DNA of 64,000 bases from Escherichia phage Ecwhy_1. Of this stretch, positions 45,398-55,242 are shown piece after piece. A program made the position numbers and the translations under genes. The notes under the pieces are model-generated. The model worked only from the letters and a program-made list of their open reading frames with translations. It was not told the DNA's origin and made no database searches. The stretch's first letter is position 1; each line of letters opens with the position of its first letter. The stretch is taken from sequence record MH791411.1. The stretch is one strand, 5' to 3'.

Positions 45398-45694
45398 TTA
45401 ATATATAATCTCACTTACTTCTATGGTGTAGACACCATCATCAGTCATTAATCTAACTGCAACTTTAATATTACTAGACATTCGTGTAACTATCAATCCA
45501 ATAATTATACCATTCTTTAAAGTACCATTATGGTATCTAACTTTTACTTCAGTTTTATTATCAATTAAGTATCTTCTAATTATGTGTATTTCCGTTCTAA
45601 ACAGTTCTAAATAAACTTCACTATACTCCTTATCAGAACCATCAGCACAGCTATACAATAAATGTACCTGTTCTAACAAAAGTTTTAAATTCAT
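45398..45694 (-). CDS. hypothetical protein
   Basis: Track ORF, 98 aa. Confidence 0.45.
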   Translation of the reverse strand: MNLKLLLEQVHLLYSCADGSDKEYSEVYLELFRTEIHIIRRYLIDNKTEVKVRYHNGTLKNGIIIGLIVTRMSSNIKVAVRLMTDDGVYTIEVSEIIY

Positions 45695-46050
45695 AAGAAC
45701 CTCACAGATTTAATATTACTTGTTACATGTTTAAACACAGTGTTATCGAACTTGTAAACAATTGTATTAAGTGATTTATGAAAATTAACCTCGCACACTA
45801 ATGCCTTGGAACCATTGATTGTACAGACCGTGGATGGTAAGTTGTTTGCTAATATCTCTTTTTCATCTAAACATAGTGAACTAATACAATCATAATAGAG
45901 AGGTTCAAGAACTTTTTCAGTACTAAGAAAATCGAAAGCAAGATCATCTATTTGTTTTATGTAATTGAATAAATTTTGATAGTACTCATTCATGGTCGAT
46001 CCTCTTGAATTTAGCATTATTCGAATAAGTATATGAATGTCCAAAATCAT
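45691..46050 (-). CDS. hypothetical protein
   Basis: Track ORF; start probably internal ATG (MNEYYQNLF) near 45993. Confidence 0.45.
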   Translation of the reverse strand: MILDIHILIRIMLNSRGSTMNEYYQNLFNYIKQIDDLAFDFLSTEKVLEPLYYDCISSLCLDEKEILANNLPSTVCTINGSKALVCEVNFHKSLNTIVYKFDNTVFKHVTSNIKSVRFL

Positions 46051-46240
46051 TTACACCATGCACATTCAATACACCGTCAATGAAATAGATTCGGTCGATT
46101 GTTAGTTCACGTTTATAATCCGAATCATCATACCAGCACAGAACACGAATACCTTTATACTTTGTAGTTAGCTCTTTTTCTAATGTAACTAAGTACTCGA
46201 TATAACTTTTGAATAGCTCTAAGTCCTGCTCAAACATCAT
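45986..46240 (-). CDS. hypothetical protein
   Basis: Track ORF, 84 aa. Confidence 0.45.
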   Translation of the reverse strand: MMFEQDLELFKSYIEYLVTLEKELTTKYKGIRVLCWYDDSDYKRELTIDRIYFIDGVLNVHGVNDFGHSYTYSNNAKFKRIDHE

Positions 46241-46497
46241 TGTTCCTCGTATAATTCCATGTCATCAACTCCAACTTGGCGAATTGCAGTACTTCTTTTA
46301 AATGTACCTTTTTCATATAAACATACAGTTAAACGTATTTCACACTTCAATGCACTGTAATAAATCATATCAATAACACCATATGTTTCATACATTTCTA
46401 AGTATACATTTCGTCCTAAGTACTTTTCTTCTAAATCAGTAATTAGACTATTGATAAGATTACCTATCTGTGATATATCTGTGTGAAATTTATCCAT
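46237..46497 (-). CDS. hypothetical protein
   Basis: Track ORF, 86 aa. Confidence 0.45.
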   Translation of the reverse strand: MDKFHTDISQIGNLINSLITDLEEKYLGRNVYLEMYETYGVIDMIYYSALKCEIRLTVCLYEKGTFKRSTAIRQVGVDDMELYEEQ

Positions 46498-46742
46498 TAC
46501 AATAATCCTCTCACATAAAACATTGATGAAAATAGATAATCTTCAGTACTAGAATTTAGTAGTTTATCAAAACTATATTTTTTATGCTTATTTTTATACA
46601 AAGACATTCTATAGAATCTTTCTATATTTTCTAAGTATTCATTTCGTAATAACATCTGTGTTGTTACATTCACTATAATGTACCTTAAAAGAAAAAGGGA
46701 CCAATATATGATCCCTTTTGTATTAGAAATTACCTTCAGCAA
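46497..46742 (-). CDS. hypothetical protein
   Basis: Track ORF, 81 aa. Confidence 0.4.
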   Translation of the reverse strand: MLKVISNTKGIIYWSLFLLRYIIVNVTTQMLLRNEYLENIERFYRMSLYKNKHKKYSFDKLLNSSTEDYLFSSMFYVRGLL

Positions 46743-47655
46743 CTTGCATTACTTTCAACCCAAGTAGCTTACGCCACATGAATACAACTTGTGATCTATC
46801 ATCATAAACCTTTTTAACATCGTAATGATCAACCACATTTTTCATGTACAGGTCGAATTTTACAACATCATCAGGACGTTTGTCATCGATGCCTCGCATA
46901 AACAACGCATCATAAGGAACACCCCAATTCTTAAGCCACTGTTCGGTATCAGCACGACACCCTTCAGTACGCCCACTCATGACGATAATCTTGCGTTTAT
47001 GAAAAACTGCTTCAGCGATAACAGATAAAATAACTTCTTCGTCTGGTGTATCCTGGAGTACAGTACTTTCATCGAACGGGTTACGTCCCCATTTATGAGC
47101 AAGAGTACCGTCGATATCAACGATAATAGCAGCTTCTCGTGAATTACCATAGTAACCAATGTGTAATGCCTTACTATAATAGTACGTATCTGCCATAGTG
47201 TCAATGATATTATCTTGTACTGAACGCTCACGCTGGAGGTTATATTTCTTACAAAGTTTTACGAACTCTTTAATCTTAAAGAATTCATGAACATCTGCAC
47301 CACGGTCTTCATTAGGTACAAAATCATCATAGAAGTTCTTTTCTTTGTAATCATAACCATTATCTATAGCCCATACTTTCCATAGATTACGGAAATGTTG
47401 TTTAAGGTTCGTATCGGATATGATGATGTTCCAACCATTCTCTGCTGCTGAATTTGCTGCACTGAACTGTAAATTAGTTACGTACTGCTCATTAGCATCG
47501 TTGAATTTGTAAGCATCATGTGACCCAGCCATAGATTCACGAATATCATCACGGTTGATGTTGATAGTCTTGGATTTGGCTTTTTTAATCTCTTGCACTG
47601 CCCATGTAGTTTTACCACACCCAGGCAATCCAACTGTTAGTGTGATAGTTGGCAT
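46723..47655 (-). CDS. pnk: polynucleotide 5'-kinase / 3'-phosphatase (T4 PseT-like)
   Basis: N-terminal P-loop TVGLPGCGKTTWA; HAD-type phosphatase motif AAIIVDIDGTLAH in C-terminal half; 310 aa. Confidence 0.85.
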   Translation of the reverse strand: MPTITLTVGLPGCGKTTWAVQEIKKAKSKTININRDDIRESMAGSHDAYKFNDANEQYVTNLQFSAANSAAENGWNIIISDTNLKQHFRNLWKVWAIDNGYDYKEKNFYDDFVPNEDRGADVHEFFKIKEFVKLCKKYNLQRERSVQDNIIDTMADTYYYSKALHIGYYGNSREAAIIVDIDGTLAHKWGRNPFDESTVLQDTPDEEVILSVIAEAVFHKRKIIVMSGRTEGCRADTEQWLKNWGVPYDALFMRGIDDKRPDDVVKFDLYMKNVVDHYDVKKVYDDRSQVVFMWRKLLGLKVMQVAEGNF

Positions 47656-47658
47656 CCA

Positions 47659-47988
47659 TTAATCCTCTAAAAATTTAACATGCTCTATATTATGATAGGT
47701 GAGCCATTCCTGTGGTGTTCCCTTGCGTATTAAAACACCAATATACGCAATACCATTAATTAGACCATTACTATCAGTATTCACATCAACTTTCACAATC
47801 TCGGAATCGTACCAGTGTTTGAATGTGTAATCCCAACATCTGACTTTCTTTCCAATAAGATTGCTCTTGTATTTGTCAATCATTTCATCGACGATAGTTT
47901 GTACTGAATTTTTAATTTCAGCTTCTACTGACTTTATATATAGTAAATTACTTTGTGCATTGTTTATCATTGTATTTCCCAATCCCAA
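47659..47988 (-). CDS. hypothetical protein
   Basis: Track ORF, 109 aa. Confidence 0.45.
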   Translation of the reverse strand: MGLGNTMINNAQSNLLYIKSVEAEIKNSVQTIVDEMIDKYKSNLIGKKVRCWDYTFKHWYDSEIVKVDVNTDSNGLINGIAYIGVLIRKGTPQEWLTYHNIEHVKFLED

Positions 47989-48184
47989 ATCGCTTGGAGA
48001 TTTTCACAAGTACAGATTCATCACAACGAATACTAGCAGTATCATTGGATGAACTGTACTTTAATGGGGTCCACTGTAATTGAGATTCTTCTAGGAACTT
48101 GATACATCTGAAATAATCTTTCAAGGAAAGAAATTTAACTACTGACATATCCTGAACAATACTATGCTGAACTTCAACTTTCAT
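47948..48184 (-). CDS. hypothetical protein
   Basis: Track ORF, 78 aa. Confidence 0.4.
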   Translation of the reverse strand: MKVEVQHSIVQDMSVVKFLSLKDYFRCIKFLEESQLQWTPLKYSSSNDTASIRCDESVLVKISKRFGIGKYNDKQCTK

Positions 48185-48193
48185 ATGAACTCC

Positions 48194-48451
48194 TTATAGT
48201 GGGTCGAATTTATTTTCACGTTTTGATGTATAGCGAGTTACATCATGTATTCTCGGCTTAACACCTTTTGGTTTCCTTTTCTTCTTGTATTCAGTACTAC
48301 TACACCCGAAAGTATTCTCGATTCGTTTCTTACTAATCTTCACACCTTTCTTAGAGCGTTTGTGCTGTAATTCATCGATTTCTTCTTGTATTTTCCTGAA
48401 TTCTGTCGGAGAAAGGGAACCGTCATTTTTATACTTAGGTTTAGCCATCAC
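48194..48451 (-). CDS. small basic protein
   Basis: 85 aa, Lys/Arg-rich. Confidence 0.45.
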   Translation of the reverse strand: MMAKPKYKNDGSLSPTEFRKIQEEIDELQHKRSKKGVKISKKRIENTFGCSSTEYKKKRKPKGVKPRIHDVTRYTSKRENKFDPL

Positions 48452-48477
48452 TTCTCCTTGTGCTAGGCTAGATAGTA

Positions 48478-49620
48478 CTAAAAATCCTTTAGTACAATTT
48501 TCATGTACTTAATAAGAGTCTCTTTGTAATCGACTTTCTTATTGTTGTACATTGCAAAGGCCAAGCCCTGACGATTCAGTTCATTAGTTAAACACTCCTG
48601 AACCTTCTTAGCGAATTCCTTTCGCTCCAAGTGCTTGTGTTCCTTGACGAAGCTTTCAACTTCATCTTGTAAAGCATTATAGCACGAAAAGACTAGTTGT
48701 TCCATTCTTAATATCTTTTGGGTAGCATATTCGTCAGTACTGAACAACTGTTTTAAATCATCACTCGAACCATTTAATACAGCTTCATATAAATGGGAAT
48801 CGAATATAATACTGTCTTTCGTTAAATGCAAAGAACAATACCAGTCGGTTTTGATTTTGCACATTGTACCATTATTTAGGATGCACACAAAACCTTCAAT
48901 GTCAAGCATTTTCTTAACTTCTTCAACACTTTCTTTGAATGTAGCACGAACAGGGAAAGTGTAATGAATATCTTTACCTGTCATGTTAGTACTGTACTGT
49001 GCAAGGCATGGAAACTTGTTACGTAATGCAGAACCACATAATAGTTCACCACTCTTGCGATGGCGAACGTTTAGTACAAATATTTGTTCAACCTGGTATG
49101 GTAATACAATACGGTACTCTGGACTTGTATACTCCAGATTAACAGTATAGCCCAAACGGTCTGCTTCGTCAATGTATTGATACAAATTTTGGTTCTCATT
49201 GAGAAGACGAGTACTGTTAATCGCATGGTCTGAATACAATGCAGTATGTGATTTACAACGAATTACACCATCATTATCACGGTAAGTACTGATTACTGAA
49301 CCATCCAACTTAGGCATCACTACTGCAATGTCATCGAATGTGGTATCAGCAGGGAACATTGTAGCAGGATTTTCGTAAGCATTGAAGAACTTTTTCATAG
49401 TACGAGCAGCACAACGAATCATATCACCGTCTTCATCAATTTCCCACATAGAACCACGGGTTTCTAATGCATTGGGTTGCATGAAATCGGTATATGATGC
49501 TAGACGATAACTGAATACACGATATGTTCCACCAGCAGGACTTTTATGATCCACATAAAAGAAAGCCTCACGAGTATTACATAAGTGCATTAAATCTTCA
49601 TATATTTGTAAAAGGGTCAT
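48478..49620 (-). CDS. rnlA: RNA ligase 1 (T4 gp63-like)
   Basis: FFYVDHKSPAGGTYRVFSYRLASYTDFMQPNALETRGSMWE parallels T4 Rnl1 [41 protein letters not shown]; motif I lysine in PKLDGSVISTY; 380 aa. Confidence 0.85.
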   Translation of the reverse strand: MTLLQIYEDLMHLCNTREAFFYVDHKSPAGGTYRVFSYRLASYTDFMQPNALETRGSMWEIDEDGDMIRCAARTMKKFFNAYENPATMFPADTTFDDIAVVMPKLDGSVISTYRDNDGVIRCKSHTALYSDHAINSTRLLNENQNLYQYIDEADRLGYTVNLEYTSPEYRIVLPYQVEQIFVLNVRHRKSGELLCGSALRNKFPCLAQYSTNMTGKDIHYTFPVRATFKESVEEVKKMLDIEGFVCILNNGTMCKIKTDWYCSLHLTKDSIIFDSHLYEAVLNGSSDDLKQLFSTDEYATQKILRMEQLVFSCYNALQDEVESFVKEHKHLERKEFAKKVQECLTNELNRQGLAFAMYNNKKVDYKETLIKYMKIVLKDF

Positions 49621-49925
49621 TTTATTACCTCTATATCTACATCTGTGCCATAGTAGGAAACGTAACCATTATCTGAATTACATTGAATTGATAACTCTGA
49701 TTCATAGTATGTTACTTTGATCACTGTTAGAACTTTTTCATCAATTTTTCCCGTTAAATAATCCATTTCACGAACACGAACTTTGGTTCCTTTTGGGAGT
49801 TCTTGTGCAATTTTATTAACAAGTTCAAAAGCAGCTTCTTCAAGTGTGTGCAACAATTGCAATCTATCTTGGATATTCATATTATTTCCACCAAGTTGTA
49901 TCACGACCACCAGACAAAGATTCAT
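49617..49925 (-). CDS. hypothetical protein
   Basis: Track ORF; start probably internal ATG (MNIQDRL) near 49880. Confidence 0.45.
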   Translation of the reverse strand: MNLCLVVVIQLGGNNMNIQDRLQLLHTLEEAAFELVNKIAQELPKGTKVRVREMDYLTGKIDEKVLTVIKVTYYESELSIQCNSDNGYVSYYGTDVDIEVIK

Positions 49926-50571
49926 TGTACTGATGCCTGAAATTAGTATTTGGATTATTTGTCATTGTACTAATAAAATCAAATTTAACATTCTCTTGAA
50001 TGTAATTAATAACATTATCTTTAAATTTAATAGTACTGAAATCTAAATCCAAATGTTCATACAATACCGGATGACAAAACTCATGTGTACGCAACGATGG
50101 CATGGTATCCTTAATGTATTGCACAGTGTTAATCATTGCATTGTATTCAGGCATAGCACGCATCATCATTAGCTGAAAGTGTTCTTCCTCTGACATTGAC
50201 TCATCCAAATCAATAACGACTTCATCATTTTTAGAGTCATATACTTTAATGGAACTCTTGGTTGGATCAAGCATAGCCCACTCTGGATACAGGCATGTTT
50301 TCCAAAAAGGATTATTGCACTGAAACATACTAATTAGATTTTGATTTTTATCAAAAATAGCAAACCCAAGATCCGAACTTGGCTGTACTTCACATACACA
50401 AATATCATAAGGGGAGTCTTCAGTACTGAATGAACCAACTACATTTGATATATGTGAATATGGAGTTTCTCTTGATTTTAATTCAAAGGCTCTCTCCATA
50501 CGATTAACCTGTGGTTGTAATGTAATTACACCCCTCAGTACATATAAAATTCTATCTAAATCTTTAATCAA
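49882..50571 (-). CDS. hypothetical protein with HExxH motif
   Basis: 229 aa; RTHEFCHPVLYEH contains an HExxH zinc-peptidase-type motif; weak. Confidence 0.45.
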   Translation of the reverse strand: MIKDLDRILYVLRGVITLQPQVNRMERAFELKSRETPYSHISNVVGSFSTEDSPYDICVCEVQPSSDLGFAIFDKNQNLISMFQCNNPFWKTCLYPEWAMLDPTKSSIKVYDSKNDEVVIDLDESMSEEEHFQLMMMRAMPEYNAMINTVQYIKDTMPSLRTHEFCHPVLYEHLDLDFSTIKFKDNVINYIQENVKFDFISTMTNNPNTNFRHQYNESLSGGRDTTWWK

Positions 50572-50575
50572 AATT

Positions 50576-50875
50576 CTATCCTCTTAGTTTAATAGTACTG
50601 GCTGGATAATCTACCATAGTACTATCTGGTAATCCTATACAGTAATAAGGAAAATATCCCATCATATTAATACCAATTAACATTCCTGTTTTATATGAAG
50701 TATTAATTTCATAGTGGTCGTCTATATCAACCGCCAGTCCATATAAGGATATGTTACAATCCTTGATGTATCGTTCAAAGATTTTATACATTGATGGGTA
50801 TACAGTTCCATTGGATTCTCTCACTACATCAGCCAACAACTTTATAGTACTGTTAATTAAATCTATACTAATCAT
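50576..50875 (-). CDS. hypothetical protein
   Basis: Track ORF, 99 aa. Confidence 0.45.
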   Translation of the reverse strand: MISIDLINSTIKLLADVVRESNGTVYPSMYKIFERYIKDCNISLYGLAVDIDDHYEINTSYKTGMLIGINMMGYFPYYCIGLPDSTMVDYPASTIKLRG

Positions 50876-50919
50876 CTTTGTACCTGCGAAAAAAGACCAG
50901 CAAACGCTGGCCTAAAAAT

Positions 50920-51201
50920 TTAAATTATTTCATATAGACAATATACACCATCAACGCCATCACAAGGAAAATCAACATAGAAATTCACACTAACAGTATC
51001 ATAATCAATCTCAGTGATGCGTCCGGTTTTACCTACACTCTTCACGAATAGGTCAGAGCCAAGATATACAAACTCAAACTCATCTGCATACTCTTTTATA
51101 ATATCAGCAAAATCACAACCATATCTGGGATCAGTATTAATAATCTCAAGATATAATGTAATGTATTGTTCGTATGACCATGTGTGTAGGTAAAAATCCA
51201 T
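50920..51201 (-). CDS. hypothetical protein
   Basis: Track ORF, 93 aa. Confidence 0.45.
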   Translation of the reverse strand: MDFYLHTWSYEQYITLYLEIINTDPRYGCDFADIIKEYADEFEFVYLGSDLFVKSVGKTGRITEIDYDTVSVNFYVDFPCDGVDGVYCLYEII

Positions 51202-51210
51202 AACAGTTCC

Positions 51211-51948
51211 TTAGAAATATACCATACCCATCAATTCTGAATCTTCAGGGCGAGTATAGCCTTGTTTCTTAACTTTAAAGTAGAAGGATTCATTGTCTTC
51301 TAAATTATAACGTTTCTTCAAGCAACGGGTATATGTCTGGCAATTAGGATGAACCCATTCATATATATGAACACCATCTTCATTATAACCATTTATACTA
51401 CAACGGTTGCCTTCATGTTTCTTGTAGTTCTTGCTTTTCTCGGTAAATTCTTTTACAGCAGTAGTACTTGGTGATTTATATTCAAAAGGAACTTCAGTCA
51501 TACGGAAATAATAATATTGATCGTCTTCATCATATCCCAAGAGCACTGTGTTAGTTTCACGTACATTGTAATGATTCTTACTTTTCAATTCATTTTCATA
51601 TATATCTTGAAGTACTTCTGCAAATACTGTAGTACTGTCAGCATTTGGGTTGGATACACCTGATACTCTTCGTTCAATAATAAAATCAGTATATTTGCGG
51701 TCTTCTGCAATGTCTTCATTCATATAAAGACTAACGAACTTATCCTTGTACGTCTTTACACTGTATTGTTTACTTTGAACTTCGCTATATACATCTGCTA
51801 ACATATTCTCCTGACCGCACTGCACACCACTTACAGAATAAGCACATGCATGTTCAGCCATCACTGATGTTAACATTTGAAAATTTGCCATGTTTAATTC
51901 ATTCGCCATCTCTGTAGCGAAACGGATACGGTCAAGCACTTTACACAC
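51211..51948 (-). CDS. hypothetical protein
   Basis: Track ORF, 245 aa. Confidence 0.5.
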   Translation of the reverse strand: MCKVLDRIRFATEMANELNMANFQMLTSVMAEHACAYSVSGVQCGQENMLADVYSEVQSKQYSVKTYKDKFVSLYMNEDIAEDRKYTDFIIERRVSGVSNPNADSTTVFAEVLQDIYENELKSKNHYNVRETNTVLLGYDEDDQYYYFRMTEVPFEYKSPSTTAVKEFTEKSKNYKKHEGNRCSINGYNEDGVHIYEWVHPNCQTYTRCLKKRYNLEDNESFYFKVKKQGYTRPEDSELMGMVYF

Positions 51949-51997
51949 TCCTTGTGTTAGTTATTGTTCCTCATCCAATATTATATCACTACTTGAG

Positions 51998-52300
51998 CTA
52001 TTGTCCCGCTTTGTAACAATAAAGATTCTCAAATTTAAAGTTCTCTATATCACATTCCTCACGAACTCGGTTCTTGTTCCAGAACAGAATACGAATCCTT
52101 TCATAATCACGATAAACACTAATAATACTTTTGTGTTTAGATTTGTAGTACTGCTGTATAACCTGAAGAGTTATATCCCTCAACTTGGACTTAATTGGGT
52201 AAGACAAATCATTACTAGTTGTTATGGCATAAACCATCTTCATTGTTTCAGCAACAAGTACTTCATTCGATTTATTTGCCATTAAAATCCTTACAAACAC
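51998..52300 (-). CDS. hypothetical protein
   Basis: Track ORF, 100 aa. Confidence 0.45.
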   Translation of the reverse strand: MFVRILMANKSNEVLVAETMKMVYAITTSNDLSYPIKSKLRDITLQVIQQYYKSKHKSIISVYRDYERIRILFWNKNRVREECDIENFKFENLYCYKAGQ

Positions 52301-52441
52301 TATGTAAAGTAAATCCTAAACCAACACCTACGAATGGGAATAGTAAATTAATGTACCAGACATTCATTGTCGAAAGGAAACAAATCCCACTTACTGTCAG
52401 TACTGCTAGTGAGAAAAGACTCCAGATAAAAAATAATGCTC

Positions 52442-52732
52442 TCATAAAAATGTTACCTCGTTAGATGGGTAGTTACGATATATTTGTGAATTATGTTCCA
52501 CACCATGAATTGTTATATGCCCGTTGTAGAAAAAAGTAATATCTACAACTTTGAGTTCTTTACGTTTTTTAGTACTGAAATATCTACCCACTAACGCAGC
52601 ATATATATAATCCCTGTACTCTTGAGTAATGAATTTATACATATTATGATTTGCACTACACTTTTCATCATAAGTATTAGTATATTCTTTCATCAGTATA
52701 GCATATGTTTTTTGTATCAATATAATATTCAT
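52442..52732 (-). CDS. hypothetical protein
   Basis: Track ORF, 96 aa. Confidence 0.45.
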   Translation of the reverse strand: MNIILIQKTYAILMKEYTNTYDEKCSANHNMYKFITQEYRDYIYAALVGRYFSTKKRKELKVVDITFFYNGHITIHGVEHNSQIYRNYPSNEVTFL

Positions 52733-52992
52733 CTATAGTTTAATATTGAAATGGGTAGACTATATATATGTACGTAAAGTTTATCAACTCTTTCCATATT
52801 CACTTTTAAAGTACTTCCAAGACGACTGATGCTATCTATGCGATAAAGCACGTCATTCAGCATCATTACGGTATCGGTGTAATCTTCACTAAGAGATTCA
52901 ATGTAGATATCTTCAAGTTTCACATCCGTGCGTGGGATATCTAAATCCCTCAATAAACGCAGTGTTTGCACGATCAGTTCAGCTTTAGTCAT
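52729..52992 (-). CDS. hypothetical protein
   Basis: Track ORF trimmed to internal ATG (MTKAELIVQ) at 52992 so it no longer overlaps the zinc-ribbon gene by 130 nt. Confidence 0.4.
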   Translation of the reverse strand: MTKAELIVQTLRLLRDLDIPRTDVKLEDIYIESLSEDYTDTVMMLNDVLYRIDSISRLGSTLKVNMERVDKLYVHIYSLPISILNYR

Positions 52993-53185
52993 GGATACGC
53001 TCACAATTAAGGCAATAAATGCACTCAATGTCAGGTCGCCATGATTTATCAAAATCTTTGTGCTGTTCTTCAGTGTATTCCGAATCATCATTGATGGGAA
53101 AGAAATCACCAGCACCAGTGGCCCAGTCTGAATCTAAACGGAAACGAGCTAATTGAGTACTGTTGCAATATGGACATTTATTCAA
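52985..53185 (-). CDS. small zinc-ribbon protein
   Basis: CPYCNS ... CIYCLNC, two CxxC pairs; 66 aa. Confidence 0.45.
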   Translation of the reverse strand: MNKCPYCNSTQLARFRLDSDWATGAGDFFPINDDSEYTEEQHKDFDKSWRPDIECIYCLNCERIHD

Positions 53186-53462
53186 AATTTATTCCTTCTA
53201 ACTGATATACGTTTAATGAAAATGACCCACTATTATTATCGCATCTGAAACACAGTGTTAAAGAACCATTAAAACTAACAACATCAGTACATATACATTT
53301 TTCACCATTGGATATGATAGATTTTCCTATATATAAATCTCTTACTATAGTACGGTAATGTTGCCATAAAAAATAATACACACTTTCATAGTACTCATCT
53401 TTTACATATGACAAGTATAAGAATTTATAAAATACTTGTATTTCCTTTAAGTTGTTTTTCAT
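53178..53462 (-). CDS. hypothetical protein, tandem five-member paralog family
   Basis: N-terminus MKNNLKEIQVFYKFLYL matches M..NLNDIQFTYKFLY of the four upstream genes. Confidence 0.5.
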   Translation of the reverse strand: MKNNLKEIQVFYKFLYLSYVKDEYYESVYYFLWQHYRTIVRDLYIGKSIISNGEKCICTDVVSFNGSLTLCFRCDNNSGSFSLNVYQLEGINFE

Positions 53463-53736
53463 TCTCCAACTCCAGTAAATTTACACCAATCCAATCAACA
53501 TCACTATCAGTACTTAATTCCAATCGTAGCTTACCGCTATGACTAACAATATCGCGGAATTTGTATATTTTATTATCACGAACTATACACAAATCATGGT
53601 AATATTCATGTAATTCATCCAAAAACTTTATCCATACCGAACGATAGATTTCACCGTAGAGATATTCTCCAGCATCAACCGTAGCGTATTGGATATACAA
53701 AAATTTGTATGTGAATTGTATATCATTAAGATTCAT
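53425..53736 (-). CDS. hypothetical protein, tandem five-member paralog family
   Basis: MNLNDIQFTYKFLYIQY. Confidence 0.5.
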   Translation of the reverse strand: MNLNDIQFTYKFLYIQYATVDAGEYLYGEIYRSVWIKFLDELHEYYHDLCIVRDNKIYKFRDIVSHSGKLRLELSTDSDVDWIGVNLLELENEKQLKGNTSIL

Positions 53737-53746
53737 ATGTCAATCC

Positions 53747-54058
53747 TTATAGGTCCGTTAACTTCAAAACTTTGATCTCCATAAATTCCCTATCAGTTTT
53801 TTCAAGAAATTCTACATGGATAATACCTTGATAAGATTTGACACCTGAATATTCGAATATATCATCTCCATCAGTGTAAGTACTGTAATTCTTTTTTATA
53901 TATTCAGCAATAGAATCTAAGTAATCATAGTAATTATGAATAAATGGTGATTCTTTTGATTCTACATGTTCACCAATCTTCCCACTAAAAAGATACATGT
54001 CATACAAACCGTATATATTTTTATATGTGAATTGAACATCATTCAAATTTAATTTCAA
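53747..54058 (-). CDS. hypothetical protein, tandem five-member paralog family
   Basis: MKLNLNDVQFTYKNIYGLY. Confidence 0.5.
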   Translation of the reverse strand: MKLNLNDVQFTYKNIYGLYDMYLFSGKIGEHVESKESPFIHNYYDYLDSIAEYIKKNYSTYTDGDDIFEYSGVKSYQGIIHVEFLEKTDREFMEIKVLKLTDL

Positions 54059-54315
54059 GGGAATATCTCCAGAGGAACACTCGTAAATCCAAAATCTGTG
54101 AAGAACTGTACCTCAACTTTACCATCGAGCTTAATGATTATATCTGAAAATTCTGCATGATCGTTATTAATAATTACAGTACTGAATTTTTCTTTAATCC
54201 TCTCACGCACAGTATTAATCATTTCATTACATGTATCTTCTAAAAATATACTATTATTTTTATTTGCTAGGTCACGAATGCACTTGAATGTTAATTGGAA
54301 ATCTTTATAATTCAT
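54055..54315 (-). CDS. hypothetical protein, tandem five-member paralog family
   Basis: MNYKDFQLTFKCI; weakest member. Confidence 0.45.
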   Translation of the reverse strand: MNYKDFQLTFKCIRDLANKNNSIFLEDTCNEMINTVRERIKEKFSTVIINNDHAEFSDIIIKLDGKVEVQFFTDFGFTSVPLEIFP

Positions 54316-54581
54316 ATATTCACCAAATCCACAGAGAATAGGTCGTTATCAAATTTATATGAAAGTACTAATCTACCACCGAAACTATCTACTCTAAGTA
54401 TCTTTCGTTTTTTTCCATTAATGACAATTTCAGTATTAACAAAATACTCACGTAATTCTTCTAGATAATTTGACCATATTTTATGGGTAAACGCATTTTT
54501 ATTAATTGTGTTAGTACTTCGGTGATTGTGGTGTAATTTAAATAATTCCATATAAGTGAATTGTATATGTTTGTAATTCAT
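54312..54581 (-). CDS. hypothetical protein, tandem five-member paralog family
   Basis: MNYKHIQFTYMELFKL. Confidence 0.5.
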   Translation of the reverse strand: MNYKHIQFTYMELFKLHHNHRSTNTINKNAFTHKIWSNYLEELREYFVNTEIVINGKKRKILRVDSFGGRLVLSYKFDNDLFSVDLVNI

Positions 54582-54627
54582 ATTTCCCCTTACAAAAATA
54601 GCCCGAACTTATGTCGGGCTATATGTA

Positions 54628-55242
54628 TTATTCATCGTCATCATCGTCGTCGAGATCTAGGTAAATGTCACTATCACCATCATCGAAGTACTCAACCACT
54701 ACACCAGGAATGTTCAGTGCTGTGAACATCGCATCATATTTTTCATCAGATGGGATAAGAACAAACTCATCAATGCTTTGAATTTCAGGCATACGATCTT
54801 CAGGAATACCCATTTGCAATAAGGATTGGATGATTTTTTCTTTGTATTCTTGGAACTTCTCTTCTGATTCAAAATCCATAATAAGTTGTGCTACATAACC
54901 ATCTTCGTTACCAAATGCGATTGACATTTGTGCATCAGTACCGACATATGACCATGTACGCTTGCCAGTATTTTTCTCAATGAAGTTCTGAATTTCAAGA
55001 ACGATTTCATGACGAGAACTATTGGCAATGTTGTTAAGGTTAGCAACACCAGCAATAATTTCTGAACTGTCATTGGATTCTTCGAATGTGCCATAGTCAC
55101 CTAATACATATTGAACACCATCACAATGTAATGCATATGCATAATCCAAATCAGCAAGTGAATCACACTTACCACGGATTGGGCGTAGGGAAAGCCCTAG
55201 GCGAAGATAACGAAAATATGTATTAGTATTTGTATTTGTCAA
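54628..55242 (-). CDS. hypothetical protein with poly-Asp C-terminus
   Basis: Track ORF begins at a TTG; start moved to in-frame TTG at 55242, 7 nt after AAGGAG; C-terminus DLDDDDDDE. Confidence 0.45.
   Translation of the reverse strand: MTNTNTNTYFRYLRLGLSLRPIRGKCDSLADLDYAYALHCDGVQYVLGDYGTFEESNDSSEIIAGVANLNNIANSSRHEIVLEIQNFIEKNTGKRTWSYVGTDAQMSIAFGNEDGYVAQLIMDFESEEKFQEYKEKIIQSLLQMGIPEDRMPEIQSIDEFVLIPSDEKYDAMFTALNIPGVVVEYFDDGDSDIYLDLDDDDDDE

Noticed and set aside
42310-49925. A dispersed family of ~85-105-aa proteins (42310.., 43327.., 45986.., 47659.., 49617..) sharing a helix followed by a K-V/I-R segment
   Set aside because: Similarity is short and pattern-like; by eye it is not distinguishable from chance, so not reported as a family.
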